IMG/VR virus record: IMGVR_UViG_3300021599_002910
Span: 62,001-126,000 of that record
Source: an uncultured virus (IMG/VR IMGVR_UViG_3300021599_002910)
Lineage: Duplodnaviria; Heunggongvirae; Uroviricota; Caudoviricetes
Length of the DNA: 64,000 bases
Direction: 5' to 3' (one strand)
The notes under the pieces were generated by a model that made no database searches, had not been told where the DNA came from, and saw only the letters and a list, made by a program, of their open reading frames with translations. Every line of letters starts with the position of its first letter. The stretch's first letter is position 1. Of the stretch, positions 46,758-56,670 are shown in pieces. The position numbers and the translations under genes are program-made.

Positions 46758-46804
46758 AGATACTATAAATACATTTAAAATAAAAAAAACCGAGATATCT
46801 CGGT

Positions 46805-47170
46805 TTATCTATTTGAAGAATAATTTAAAACTTTTTTTCCTGATGATGGTTTCGGTGGAGGAGGTGGTTCAGTGATAGGTAAATCATACTCGTATACTTT
46901 TGGTTGTGATTTTATTTTACCTTCTGTAATTGAATTTTGCTTTCTTTTTTTATCACCCACAAGACCGAATTTAATGTATTTATACCAAATTCTTTCATGT
47001 ATATAATATTGTAGAGGTTTGTAGATAAGTTCAACAATTCCAAAAGCAGCTCCGACTTTGATACTACCTGATGCCCACCACATGGCTAAAAAACCAATTG
47101 ATGTACTTAGAAATCTATAACTAATTGTTTTAGCTAAGTGTCTTTTATATGAAACTTTAATTTGACTCAT
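46805..47170 (-). CDS. DUF2061-like membrane protein
   Basis: KRHLAKTISYR...YYIHERIW. Confidence 0.75.
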   Translation of the reverse strand: MSQIKVSYKRHLAKTISYRFLSTSIGFLAMWWASGSIKVGAAFGIVELIYKPLQYYIHERIWYKYIKFGLVGDKKRKQNSITEGKIKSQPKVYEYDLPITEPPPPPKPSSGKKVLNYSSNR

Positions 47171-47546
47171 AATTTTCTATGTTTGGTGGCCCACCAACCG
47201 AATCAAATCCACCATTTCTTGTAAAGTTTATTCCTACTGCCCTATCTAAATTTGGGTTTTCGGGGTCTTTATCGTTAAATATCACACGAGTTCCTCTTCC
47301 ACAGTCCATAACCAATTTGTGGTATTTCAACCCTATTTTATTTAACTCACCTATCGTATAAGATTCATAAGAACTCGGTCTAGCTGTTGTGACAATTATA
47401 ACCGCACCTTTATCAAACTGAAGATTTAGATAGTCAATTACGTCTTGAATTGGCTCTAATACGGCTGTGGATAATTCGTTAAACTTTCTGTATTTGACAA
47501 TTGTGCCGTCAATGTCTACGAAGAATGTTGGATTTTTTGTTGTCAT
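47157..47546 (-). CDS. small HAD-superfamily phosphatase
   Basis: FVDIDGTI, TTAR, FND. Confidence 0.8.
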   Translation of the reverse strand: MTTKNPTFFVDIDGTIVKYRKFNELSTAVLEPIQDVIDYLNLQFDKGAVIIVTTARPSSYESYTIGELNKIGLKYHKLVMDCGRGTRVIFNDKDPENPNLDRAVGINFTRNGGFDSVGGPPNIENYESN

Positions 47547-47551
47547 AAAGT

Positions 47552-47723
47552 AAAAAAAAAGTGGTCAGGGACTGATGGGATGTTATACCTCGGAGTCGAC
47601 TTCCTTAAACTACTGCAGATAGTTTCATCAGTATGACCACCACACGTTACGGATAGATTTTGTCATCATCACCAATCAAATAAAGTTCTACCAATATTCC
47701 GAACTGATGACTTTCCACAACGT
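47552..47723 (-). ncRNA. two tandem ~80-nt structured RNA elements ending in a T-run
   Basis: ACGTTGTGGA/TCCGTAACGT with GTCATCA/TGATGAC (47644-47723); GTGGTCA/TGACCAC with ACTGATG/CATCAGT (47561-47640). Confidence 0.55.
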
Positions 47724-47756
47724 TATAATTTATTGTGATAGAAATATAATTTATTA

Positions 47757-47948
47757 TTAAGTATTGTCAAAATTTTTTTTATTCAAATCATGTATAGTTA
47801 TTTCATCATTTTTCCAATCTTCCCAAATTTTCCAATTCTTTAAATCTCTCAGAGTATTTTCATGAACTAATACAAATCCCTCAGGTGCAATCCCATCAAA
47901 TTTTCTGATAGGACCCTCTTCATCAATTAGTTTTTTTATATCAATCAT
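47757..47948 (-). CDS. hypothetical protein
   Basis: 63-aa ORF. Confidence 0.5.
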   Translation of the reverse strand: MIDIKKLIDEEGPIRKFDGIAPEGFVLVHENTLRDLKNWKIWEDWKNDEITIHDLNKKNFDNT

Positions 47949-47973
47949 TTTCTCTATTGCAATTATATTTCAA

Positions 47974-48594
47974 TTATTTTTCATATCCAAATAAATGGAA
48001 ATGTGGTTTGAATAATTTGTAAATTATTGATTTGTTTTCTGAAGTCAAAAAATCTTCTTTTTCTATTTCCAAATTTGTTTTGTTAATTTTCTTAACACAC
48101 ATTTTTTGTAAAATACCGAGATGATTCAAATCGGATTCATTGATGAAATTAATTTTACAATAGTCTTCATATAAATTCTCTTTTCTGATAATATAAGTTG
48201 GGGGGACTTCAATTACAAAATTGAGTTGTTTGAAATCATTACTTTCATCATTCAAACCATTGAGAAAATAACTGAAATCACTTGGTGAAACATTTTTGTT
48301 TAGTAAGTAATTCCTCGTGAATAAAAAAAAAGATAAAATTCTTTCGTAAGGGTTTCTTACGGTCAGAATTGTTTTCGGGTTTACTAATTCTTCTGGTATG
48401 AAACAATCATGGGGTTGAACGTGAGAGTTTGTAAAATCTTTGTGTGTTCCGTCATCATAAAAAATTCTTACATGAGATTCAAAGTCAAAGTATTTCAAAA
48501 CCCAAGATACGTGAGTCGAAGCTGTTTTCATTGGCATTAACACACACGTATTGTGTGTATTAGAATACATCCAGTTTTTAGTTTTTTTGAACAT
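47974..48594 (-). CDS. sulfotransferase family 2-like protein
   Basis: PMKTAST, VRNPYERILS, FGY; paralogous to 40602..41201. Confidence 0.75.
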   Translation of the reverse strand: MFKKTKNWMYSNTHNTCVLMPMKTASTHVSWVLKYFDFESHVRIFYDDGTHKDFTNSHVQPHDCFIPEELVNPKTILTVRNPYERILSFFLFTRNYLLNKNVSPSDFSYFLNGLNDESNDFKQLNFVIEVPPTYIIRKENLYEDYCKINFINESDLNHLGILQKMCVKKINKTNLEIEKEDFLTSENKSIIYKLFKPHFHLFGYEK

Positions 48595-48653
48595 TACTAT
48601 TTATTATAAAAATTCTGACTTAGAAATAAATTTGTAATACTATAATATGGACG

Positions 48654-48878
48654 ATGGTAAACAGAATAAAGACTTGGAAAAAAACTTTTCAAGACAATCT
48701 ATCACAAATCTTTTTGATGTTGGCTCTGTTCTTCAATCCTTTTGGATTCGATGCCGTTCAGTATTCCCTAATATTACTGACAGGAGATTTATGGAAAGCG
48801 AACTTCGTTTTGTATTGTATTGCGGGATTATTTTTTGGGTTATATATCTATTTTCGAAGATTGTCTAAAGTGCCTTGA
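48654..48878 (+). CDS. small two-TM membrane protein
   Basis: FFNPFGFD between hydrophobic helices. Confidence 0.55.
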   Translation: MVNRIKTWKKTFQDNLSQIFLMLALFFNPFGFDAVQYSLILLTGDLWKANFVLYCIAGLFFGLYIYFRRLSKVP

Positions 48879-50346
48879 GTTCCCCTTTTTTGAATGCATC
48901 AAAATTAGGACCTTTAATCAAGAAAAAATCCTTTCCAACTTTTCTGTATCCCAAAATACCGGCATTTTTAGCCGCAGCAAAAAATGACGAGTGTTGACCT
49001 CTTAAATCACGTGGCTTGTAAAAATGATTCCCTTTAGATTTTTTATAACCTTTTTGACCATCTTTAATTACAGGTTCAATATATCCAATATCCATAAGAA
49101 AATCTAATTTTGTTCCTATCTTTCCTTTGTCCAAATAATCAACAAGTTTTTTAACCCAACCTTTATTTTTACCAAATTTATATCCATACGTGGGTCTGAA
49201 TACTTTTGTTGTTCCAGCAACCATTTGTATAAGTTTTTGATTGTTTACAATATGGTCTAAAACTCTATGTGCAATGTGTCTTCTAACACCTTCAGCGGTT
49301 TCTGCGGGGGTTTTACCAAGATAGTATGTCGCATCAATTCCCCACCCTTCAAGCCCAAGGTCTACAAAATCGTCACTTGAAACTTCATCAGTACTCCCAA
49401 AACCTATACTAGCTGTAAAGGTTTTTTCATCTTTAGATTTGTATGTGATAAAAATATTATATTCATCAATTAATTTGTTGTCTTCATCTGAACTTAAAGA
49501 TATTGTTAAAACACCTTCTGTATGACCAAAACCTAAATCAGGTATGTTTTGAAATCCTCTAACAAGTGTTGATAAAGTATAAGTTGAGTTCAAGTAGTTT
49601 CTTTTATCTGCTGATGACTCACCAACTTTATCGAATGATTCTGCTAAAAACTTGTCGGTCATTGACCCCACATTCATGTTATAATCGGCTTTTATTACAT
49701 CAACTATTTCGGGAAACGCGTAGTTAAAAATTGCAATTTCTCGTTCACTCATTGGAGAATCTTTCGAATCCCAATATCTCTCAGTTCCTAAGTTGTCAAA
49801 ATGTATTGCAATTTTTGAGTAATCTTTGTTTGTGGAATTGGCTTTGTTAATTATGTAATATAGTCCTTGCCTACCTGAGGTATATCTTTCGAAATGGTCA
49901 GGGGATTGTGCGGTTGTACACCACTTAGTATTCGAACCGTATTTACACGAAGCTTGGTGTGTTTTAGGTTTGATTACAAGAAATTTATCATCTTCGTAAA
50001 TCTTATCTACCTGTTTTTCTAATTCTCTGTCTTTCTGTTTTTGGTGGATAGGGACTAAAACATTGTCTAATTCCTCAAAACCACTGTATTGATTAATATC
50101 TTTTTTTTCGAGTTGGGATTGATATTTGTCAAAACTTTTGATTAAATCAATACCAATTTCAACATCTCCGTCAACATAATCAGGATGTACATGTTTTAAA
50201 ACAAAGTCCGTGTATTTGTGATTGAAATCTTTTAAATCTGCAATGTTCAATATCCAATCCAAAGTCTCTTCGTCAAACTTCTCGGCATATTTTTTCTTTA
50301 AATCTTCTTTACGACCTTCCTTAAGTAAAATGGAAATAAACTTCAT
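48865..50346 (-). CDS. hypothetical protein with a KYG..TKWCTT motif
   Basis: ASCKYGSNTKWCTT; start moved to MKFISILLKE; TATTTAT upstream. Confidence 0.75.
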   Translation of the reverse strand: MKFISILLKEGRKEDLKKKYAEKFDEETLDWILNIADLKDFNHKYTDFVLKHVHPDYVDGDVEIGIDLIKSFDKYQSQLEKKDINQYSGFEELDNVLVPIHQKQKDRELEKQVDKIYEDDKFLVIKPKTHQASCKYGSNTKWCTTAQSPDHFERYTSGRQGLYYIINKANSTNKDYSKIAIHFDNLGTERYWDSKDSPMSEREIAIFNYAFPEIVDVIKADYNMNVGSMTDKFLAESFDKVGESSADKRNYLNSTYTLSTLVRGFQNIPDLGFGHTEGVLTISLSSDEDNKLIDEYNIFITYKSKDEKTFTASIGFGSTDEVSSDDFVDLGLEGWGIDATYYLGKTPAETAEGVRRHIAHRVLDHIVNNQKLIQMVAGTTKVFRPTYGYKFGKNKGWVKKLVDYLDKGKIGTKLDFLMDIGYIEPVIKDGQKGYKKSKGNHFYKPRDLRGQHSSFFAAAKNAGILGYRKVGKDFFLIKGPNFDAFKKGELKAL

Positions 50347-50362
50347 ATGGTATAAATACCAA

Positions 50363-50713
50363 TTATTTCCAAAACAATTGAATACAAAGAACTGCAAAAC
50401 TTAGAATGAGACAAACTATAGTTTTGGTTGTTATTGGTTCTTTCAACATTATCCATGCCATGAAACTAAAGACAAACACACCGAAAACAAATCCTATGAT
50501 TCTGTTTGGCCAAGTTTGTCCTCCATATAGACTTACCATTTCTCTACTTGCAAGAATTACAAAATAACCAACAGGGACACCCATTAAACTCATCAGGAAA
50601 GGGTGGTCTTTAATCCATTTATTCCAAAGATGACCTTGTAGTTGATAAAATGTGAAAATTTGTGAAAAGGTGTAAACCGATAAAATAAAAAAAATTGTAA
50701 CTAACTTATTCAT
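50363..50713 (-). CDS. four-TM membrane protein (DMT/SMR-like)
   Basis: Four hydrophobic helices; LKEPIT motif. Confidence 0.6.
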   Translation of the reverse strand: MNKLVTIFFILSVYTFSQIFTFYQLQGHLWNKWIKDHPFLMSLMGVPVGYFVILASREMVSLYGGQTWPNRIIGFVFGVFVFSFMAWIMLKEPITTKTIVCLILSFAVLCIQLFWK

Positions 50714-50791
50714 TGAAAGAATGATAAGAAATTTTTGTTATAAAAAAAACCCCCATCCGAAGATGAGGGTTTAAAATTTTAATATTCGATA

Positions 50792-53700
50792 TTACTTACC
50801 GAAAGTATATCTAATACCTAACTGTGCACTCCATACGTCAAATACTGATGAGTTGAATTGGTAAGTTTGTTTTGCCAATACTGTTTGTCCATCAAGAATT
50901 TGAGTTGAAAGTCTGTAAGAAGGAACATTGTTCGCGTCTCTACTTACAAAGTTTAACAACTGAGGAACTGCCGCTCTTTGAGAAACACCCCACTTGTTAT
51001 TAACCATGTTTCCGAAGTTAAGGATGTCAGCTCTGATTTGGAAAGTGTTTCTTTTTCCTTTGATTTTTATGAACACATCTTGAGCCACTGAAAGGTCAAA
51101 TCTGTGTAACCAAGGAAGGAAAGAAGCGTTTCTTTCAGCGTACTGACCTCTTCTTGTAGAAAGGTAGTCATCTTGAGAAATAAATGATTCGAAAGCCGCT
51201 TGTTGTTCAGCTTCTGTATAAGTTCTTGTACCTACTGTTAAAGTTGAGAAACGAATGTCAGAACCATTTACAGGTACAAACATAAGTTCGTTGTCTCTAA
51301 CTCTATCACCGTTAAGGTCACCCGCTACAGTGTAAGAGAATGGGTTATTTTGAGCACCTACGTAACCAATAGTGATTGTAGTTGCTCCACCGTATTTCTT
51401 ACCATAATCAAATCTATAACCTAATAAACCTACGATTCTATTCCTAACAACAAAGTCTGAAGTAGAAAGTTGTAAATCGTTGTTTCCGTTGATAGAACGA
51501 GCTGATTGCCATGAACCACTCGCGATTGAACCAGCACTCATGTAATCTTCAGCTCTTGATGTAGTCCAAGCTGCATAACCCCAAACTCCTTTCGAAATTG
51601 GTTTTTCTAATTTCAATGTAAGAGACTTGTTGTAAGCACCTTGTTTGTTTGTTAAAACTGCTGCCATAGAAACATTATCATTTACTCTAACACCAGGGTC
51701 AGTATTTGCAAACAATGCTCTTTTGTCAGGACCACCTAAAGTTCCTACAGGAACATCTTGGTTTGCGTTGTAGTAATGAACTGCGTTTATTGTCTTATTG
51801 TAAAGAACTTCAGCACTTGCCACTAAACCCAACCAAGGTAGTTTTTGGTCGATTGCTAAATTACTTCTCCATACTTGAGGGAACTTGTAATTTGCGTCAG
51901 TGAAAGCTAAATCAAAAGTTGAAGGTAATGTTGGTGTTTGAGGAATAAAATATTGATTAGGATTTGTAGTAAATCCGTATTGTGATGCTTGAGCACCTGA
52001 TACATCGATAAATCCTGTTAATACACCGTTATTTCCGATTTGGTTTGATAAGAAAACAAATGGAGGTCTACCTGTGAAAATACCTGTACCACCTCTAATT
52101 TGAGTTTTCTTTTCACCTTTTAAATCATAGTTGAAACCGAAACGTGGTTCGAATAACAATTGTGTTTTCGGCATCACGCTCGTGTTTAATTTTTCACCAC
52201 CACCAAATGTCATTGATGTGATTGCAGGATTTTCAAGAGCTGTATTTCCAAGTGAAATTACGTTCGCTCTCAATCCCGTTGTTAATTTTAAATTCTTAGT
52301 AAGGTTATACTCGTCTTGAACATAAAGGTCTAAACGATTAGCTTCCAATACCTGCATTGGTTCAACCGCTCCAGGTAAAGCAGAATAACGAAACTGAAAT
52401 CTCGCTGGTGCGAAAGCTGAAGGTCCTCCATTATTAGCAACTGATTGTTTAGCTGCAGTGTAGAAGTCATTCAAACTGTTGAAAATATATACACCGTTCG
52501 AAGCTGGGAAGAATAAATTGTTTGATTGGTACATTTGATAGTTGAAACCACCCACCAAAGTGTGTTTTTCCAAATATTTTGTAACGTTGTTAGTAACGTT
52601 GAATGTCCAATAGTTCAATTTATTTCCTGGTGTGAATGGGTCAAAACCTACAGAAGTGTAAGTTGCTGAACCTTCTCTGATGTCAATTGTTGGGAACATT
52701 TGACTCATGTAAGCTCTGTCTTCAATTTGTTTGTCATAAGAGATAATCAAATTGTTGTGGAGTGTGTTTGAAAACTTAGAATTCAATTCTAATACACCTG
52801 AACGAGTATTATCCATAATAATGTATCCACTGTTTTGGAAACTCATTGCGTTGAATTGAGTAGTTCTGTTTCCAGCACCCGCTGACTGAGAGTTAGAAAT
52901 GTTAATCTCAGCGGATGAGTTGTGATTAACAAAACGTGCCATTAACTTGTGTTTTGGACTAATGTTCCAATCCAAACGAGTCATGAATTTTCTTGAATCG
53001 TTTGTGTTAGAATAACCTTCAAAAGGACCTGTTTCATAACCTAAAGTATCTCTCATGAACTTCGAAAGTCTCACCATGTCATCGTATTTAACACGACTTA
53101 CTTGTGAACCTGTCAAAGGAGAACCGGTAGAAATCCAAGTTGTGCCTGGTTCAGTTCTAACGATGCTTTCATAGTTTCCAAAAATGAATAATTTATTTTT
53201 GATGATTGGTGCACCCAATCTAAAACCGAAAACTTTTTCATCAAATTTCTGAGCAGTTACTGTAGTTCCTCTAGCGTTGTCTCCCACATAAGTTTTTGAA
53301 TTGTTTCTTTGTGTTTGATAAACACTTCCTTCAATTTCGTTAGTTCCAGAACGAGTAACAGCGTTAATACCTGCACCCACGAAACCACTTTGACGAATGT
53401 CAAAAGGAGCGACGTTCACCTGTAATTGGTCAATCGCATCCAAAGAAATTGCTGAAGCACCTGTTCTACCACCAGCAGCCGCTGATGAACCCAAACCGAA
53501 GTTGTTGTTGAACTGAGAACCGTCGATTGTAAAATTATTCAATCGAGAATCCTGTGCTCCAAAAGAACGACCATCACCAAAAGGATTGTATTTGGTAATT
53601 CCGTCAATTGTTCTTGCACCCGTAATTGGAATTGTAGTTAGTTCTCTACGTCCGAATTGTTGAGCTGCCCCTGTTTTGTCTTTTGAGAATAAATTGTTTC

Positions 53701-54067
53701 TCGTTCCAACAATAGTAACTTCTTTCAACTCTTTTGATTCAGAAATAAGAGTTACGTCAACATTACTTGTAACCCCAAGAAGAGTGTTGATGTCAGTTAG
53801 TTCAGCTTTTCTGTAGCCTACGTAACTAACGTGAATAAGATAAGGTCCTCCTACACGTACAGCCGGAATTGAGTAGACACCCGTTTTGTTTGTGGTTGCA
53901 CGGTATTCTGAACCTGTTGGTTGGTGTACCGCATGAACTGTAGCACCTACCAAAGTCTCACCTTTTTCATTTTTAACTACACCTGACAGGGAAGAAGTTG
54001 TAATCTGCCCGAAAGATGTGATTGTCACGAATAAGGTTAAAAGTGACATCAAGATTGCTTTTTTCAT
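50792..54067 (-). CDS. TonB-dependent receptor (Oar-like) with N-terminal carboxypeptidase-regulatory-like domain
   Basis: Signal peptide; SSLSGVV...LVGATV; NNFTIDG, ISLDAI, INAVTRSGTN plug; C-terminal QLGIRYTF. Confidence 0.92.
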   Translation of the reverse strand: MKKAILMSLLTLFVTITSFGQITTSSLSGVVKNEKGETLVGATVHAVHQPTGSEYRATTNKTGVYSIPAVRVGGPYLIHVSYVGYRKAELTDINTLLGVTSNVDVTLISESKELKEVTIVGTRNNLFSKDKTGAAQQFGRRELTTIPITGARTIDGITKYNPFGDGRSFGAQDSRLNNFTIDGSQFNNNFGLGSSAAAGGRTGASAISLDAIDQLQVNVAPFDIRQSGFVGAGINAVTRSGTNEIEGSVYQTQRNNSKTYVGDNARGTTVTAQKFDEKVFGFRLGAPIIKNKLFIFGNYESIVRTEPGTTWISTGSPLTGSQVSRVKYDDMVRLSKFMRDTLGYETGPFEGYSNTNDSRKFMTRLDWNISPKHKLMARFVNHNSSAEINISNSQSAGAGNRTTQFNAMSFQNSGYIIMDNTRSGVLELNSKFSNTLHNNLIISYDKQIEDRAYMSQMFPTIDIREGSATYTSVGFDPFTPGNKLNYWTFNVTNNVTKYLEKHTLVGGFNYQMYQSNNLFFPASNGVYIFNSLNDFYTAAKQSVANNGGPSAFAPARFQFRYSALPGAVEPMQVLEANRLDLYVQDEYNLTKNLKLTTGLRANVISLGNTALENPAITSMTFGGGEKLNTSVMPKTQLLFEPRFGFNYDLKGEKKTQIRGGTGIFTGRPPFVFLSNQIGNNGVLTGFIDVSGAQASQYGFTTNPNQYFIPQTPTLPSTFDLAFTDANYKFPQVWRSNLAIDQKLPWLGLVASAEVLYNKTINAVHYYNANQDVPVGTLGGPDKRALFANTDPGVRVNDNVSMAAVLTNKQGAYNKSLTLKLEKPISKGVWGYAAWTTSRAEDYMSAGSIASGSWQSARSINGNNDLQLSTSDFVVRNRIVGLLGYRFDYGKKYGGATTITIGYVGAQNNPFSYTVAGDLNGDRVRDNELMFVPVNGSDIRFSTLTVGTRTYTEAEQQAAFESFISQDDYLSTRRGQYAERNASFLPWLHRFDLSVAQDVFIKIKGKRNTFQIRADILNFGNMVNNKWGVSQRAAVPQLLNFVSRDANNVPSYRLSTQILDGQTVLAKQTYQFNSSVFDVWSAQLGIRYTFGK

Positions 54068-54094
54068 TGCTTTTTTGTTTATTGGTTTATAAAT

Positions 54095-54128
54095 AAAAAA
54101 ATCCCGAGGACGCTAAGCCAACGGGATT
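54095..54128 (-). terminator. terminator in the 5' leader of the TonB-dependent receptor gene
   Basis: AATCCCG...CGGGATT plus T-run on the minus strand. Confidence 0.6.
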
Positions 54129-54172
54129 CCGATATTACAAGTTTTGAAGTTCGTCAGTAAATAATATTTCAT
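54113..54172 (-). CDS. 19-aa uORF overlapping the terminator
   Basis: MKYYLLTNFKTCNIGIPLA*; the GIP codons form the 5' arm of the terminator. Confidence 0.45.
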   Translation of the reverse strand: MKYYLLTNFKTCNIGIPLA

Positions 54173-54256
54173 AAAATTGCTCTCCGACTAAAATAAGTAT
54201 GGTCTTAATTTCCAAAGTCGTCTAAATAATATTAATAAATCTTTAACAAGTCAAAT

Positions 54257-54283
54257 AAAAAACCCCGAGAGTTTCTCGGGGTT
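54257..54283 (-). terminator. terminator downstream of tmRNA
   Basis: AACCCCGAGA/TCTCGGGGTT plus T-run on the minus strand. Confidence 0.75.
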
Positions 54284-54292
54284 AATCTGCTG

Positions 54293-54685
54293 TGGAGAAG
54301 ACGGGAGTCGAACCCGTGTCTTGTTCGCGACAACTATAAGTGACTACACGTTTATTACAACATTGTTTCTCAATGTTCCGAAATATTAGGTTTGATATAT
54401 GTGAGAAACCCACCTACAAACAACTTGGTCTCAGAATTATTTTAAACGAGCTCTGACCTGTGACCCGTATATTGGACTTCTGTTCCTAGGTTAATGTCCT
54501 AACCGACCCGAGTGTCGTGACTTAAATTAAGCAACAACAGTAGCTTCTTCAGCGATTAAACCGATAGCAGCCATCTTAGCAAAAGTATTGCCATTTGTTT
54601 TTTCAAATCAGTTGATAAAGGAGTTAACTCAGCTCCTACGTGCCACCTATAACTACACACGCCAATCAATTGCCATGACTTCCCC
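54293..54685 (-). ncRNA. ssrA: tmRNA
   Basis: 5' GGGGAAG pairs with 3' CTTCTCC (G3:U70); T-arm GGGTTCGACTCCC; tag ORF at 54592-54527 reads GNTFAKMAAIGLIAEEATVVA*. Confidence 0.92.
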
Positions 54686-54757
54686 AATATTTTCAAAGAA
54701 CACAACAAAGATATACATAAATATTAAATTTCCAAATTAAAAGTCTATTTATACGAT

Positions 54758-55804
54758 ATGGAACCAGGAGATAGTTTTTTTGCTTTAAGAAAATTTGTAA
54801 AAGGAAAAATTAATCAGTATGAATTGGAAGGGGCGGATAAGTCCATTGGAAGAGTTATTGCGAGTAGGGAAAATCCTGCTTTGTCAAAAGTTATTATAGA
54901 ATTCACAGACATGAATGAGTTTGGAAAAATTATTGGTTTGGATGATGATGATATTTGGTTCGAACAGGCAATTAACAATCCGTACAATACTTACGATATT
55001 CAAGATTCAAGTGCATCCGAACAAGATTTTTTAGACGGGTATGGTCCTTGGTACAATTTCGATTCAGATAATAAAGAACTTTTACAAAGAATATCCAAAC
55101 TTATATATAGTAAAAAATTTGACTACGAGGATGAAGAAGACAGAGCTGGTTTTGCAGTGTTTTTAGAAAAGTATTATCCCCGAGAGATTGGCTCAATAGT
55201 GATTGATTGGACCCACGAAAAAAATATTGAAATAAGACACGTTGCATCTGAACATGTAAATTCGGAATTGAATAATTTTTTAGGGGATTTTGGTTTTCAG
55301 AGACATGGAGATGGAATCAAAACAACTGTGGGTGATTTAATATCAAATTTCATTCAATATAATGTTCCACACGTGTCAATCAAAAAATTACTGAAAACTA
55401 TATTCCAAGATTCCAATAGAACAATTGGTGGATGGGATGAAGATAGGTTTGAATATCAAGATGATGATGTATTCGACAATGAAAGTTTTAATAAAGAAGC
55501 AAATAGGTCGTTGGAAAAAATTTTGGAGAGAATTGAAGAAGATTATGAATCAGGTGATTCTAACACCTTTATGGATATGATTGATAGGGTTACAAAAAAA
55601 CATAAAATCGGTATATGGTATGAAATACCAAAAGGGTCGGATTTAATTTTTAGAATCGATGGTTTTGATAGGGAAACAAAAAAAATTGACATATCTTTGA
55701 AAAAGAAGAAAGGGATGTCGGGTATAAATAAATTCAAAATTTCTGAAGACGGTTTCAACAAATTACTTTATCAACCAGAATTATTTAATTTGGTTGAATT
55801 GTAA
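54758..55804 (+). CDS. hypothetical acidic protein
   Basis: 348-aa ORF; TATTTAT at 54746-54752. Confidence 0.7.
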   Translation: MEPGDSFFALRKFVKGKINQYELEGADKSIGRVIASRENPALSKVIIEFTDMNEFGKIIGLDDDDIWFEQAINNPYNTYDIQDSSASEQDFLDGYGPWYNFDSDNKELLQRISKLIYSKKFDYEDEEDRAGFAVFLEKYYPREIGSIVIDWTHEKNIEIRHVASEHVNSELNNFLGDFGFQRHGDGIKTTVGDLISNFIQYNVPHVSIKKLLKTIFQDSNRTIGGWDEDRFEYQDDDVFDNESFNKEANRSLEKILERIEEDYESGDSNTFMDMIDRVTKKHKIGIWYEIPKGSDLIFRIDGFDRETKKIDISLKKKKGMSGINKFKISEDGFNKLLYQPELFNLVEL

Positions 55805-55824
55805 TTTTGTCATATATTTGCAGT

Positions 55825-56670
55825 ATGACAAAAAGTTTAGAGTTACTCAAAGAAGTTTTAAGTGTTCCAACACACACATACAAAGAAGATTTAATGGTTC
55901 TTTATCTAACCAAATGGTTGGAAGAAAATCAAATCGAATATTATCTCGATGAAAAAAATAATGTGTATGCAACAAAGAAACCGGTTGGGGATTTACCTGA
56001 AGGTTTTTATTTCCCTTGTGTAATATCTCACACAGACACTGTACACAAACTTGACACGATTAACGTTGTTGAAGAAAATCTTCCAAATGCTCAAGGAGCA
56101 CTCAAATTATCTTTAAAGGCATATAACGACCAAGGTAATCCCACTGGTATAGGTGGAGATGATAAATGCGGAGTGTTTGCATGTCTTACATTACTCAAAG
56201 AACTTCCATATTTGAAAGCAGCGTTTTTCGTTTCTGAAGAAACAGGTTGTCACGGTTCAAGAAACGCAGACCCTGAATTTTTCGAAAATGTTGGATATGG
56301 AATTCAGTTTGACGCACCTGAAAACTGGATGATTACTGAAAAATGTTTCGGTCAAATTCTATTCGATAGAGATACGGACTTTTTTAAGGCGTGTGACAAA
56401 GTACTAACTGAAGGTATGGTCCCAACGGATATGGAATATATGGTCCATCCATATACAGATGTTTATGCCTTGAGAGGAAAGTTTGATTTTTCTTGTATTA
56501 ATTTCTCAATAGGGTACTATGATTACCACACAAAAAATGAATACGTTGTTGTGGAAGATGTTTACAATGGAATCGATATGGGAAGAAAAATGATTGAAGA
56601 ACTTGGGTACAAACTACATTTTAAAAAGGCTAAGGAATATAGTTACAACCAAAACCCTTATAAGGTTTAG
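55825..56670 (+). CDS. M20/M28-family zinc peptidase-like protein
   Basis: SHTDTV, GGDDKCG, SEETG, QFD, YHT..E; start moved to MTKSL. Confidence 0.8.
   Translation: MTKSLELLKEVLSVPTHTYKEDLMVLYLTKWLEENQIEYYLDEKNNVYATKKPVGDLPEGFYFPCVISHTDTVHKLDTINVVEENLPNAQGALKLSLKAYNDQGNPTGIGGDDKCGVFACLTLLKELPYLKAAFFVSEETGCHGSRNADPEFFENVGYGIQFDAPENWMITEKCFGQILFDRDTDFFKACDKVLTEGMVPTDMEYMVHPYTDVYALRGKFDFSCINFSIGYYDYHTKNEYVVVEDVYNGIDMGRKMIEELGYKLHFKKAKEYSYNQNPYKV

Noticed and set aside
47561..47723. Hammerhead ribozyme (CTGATGA occurs on both strands)
   Set aside because: No GAAA follows a stem II in either orientation; CTGATG is instead paired within a helix.
54293..54330. tmRNA 3' end as a prophage attachment site
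   Set aside because: No integrase or duplicated 3' fragment is visible, and phage-type genes lie on both sides.
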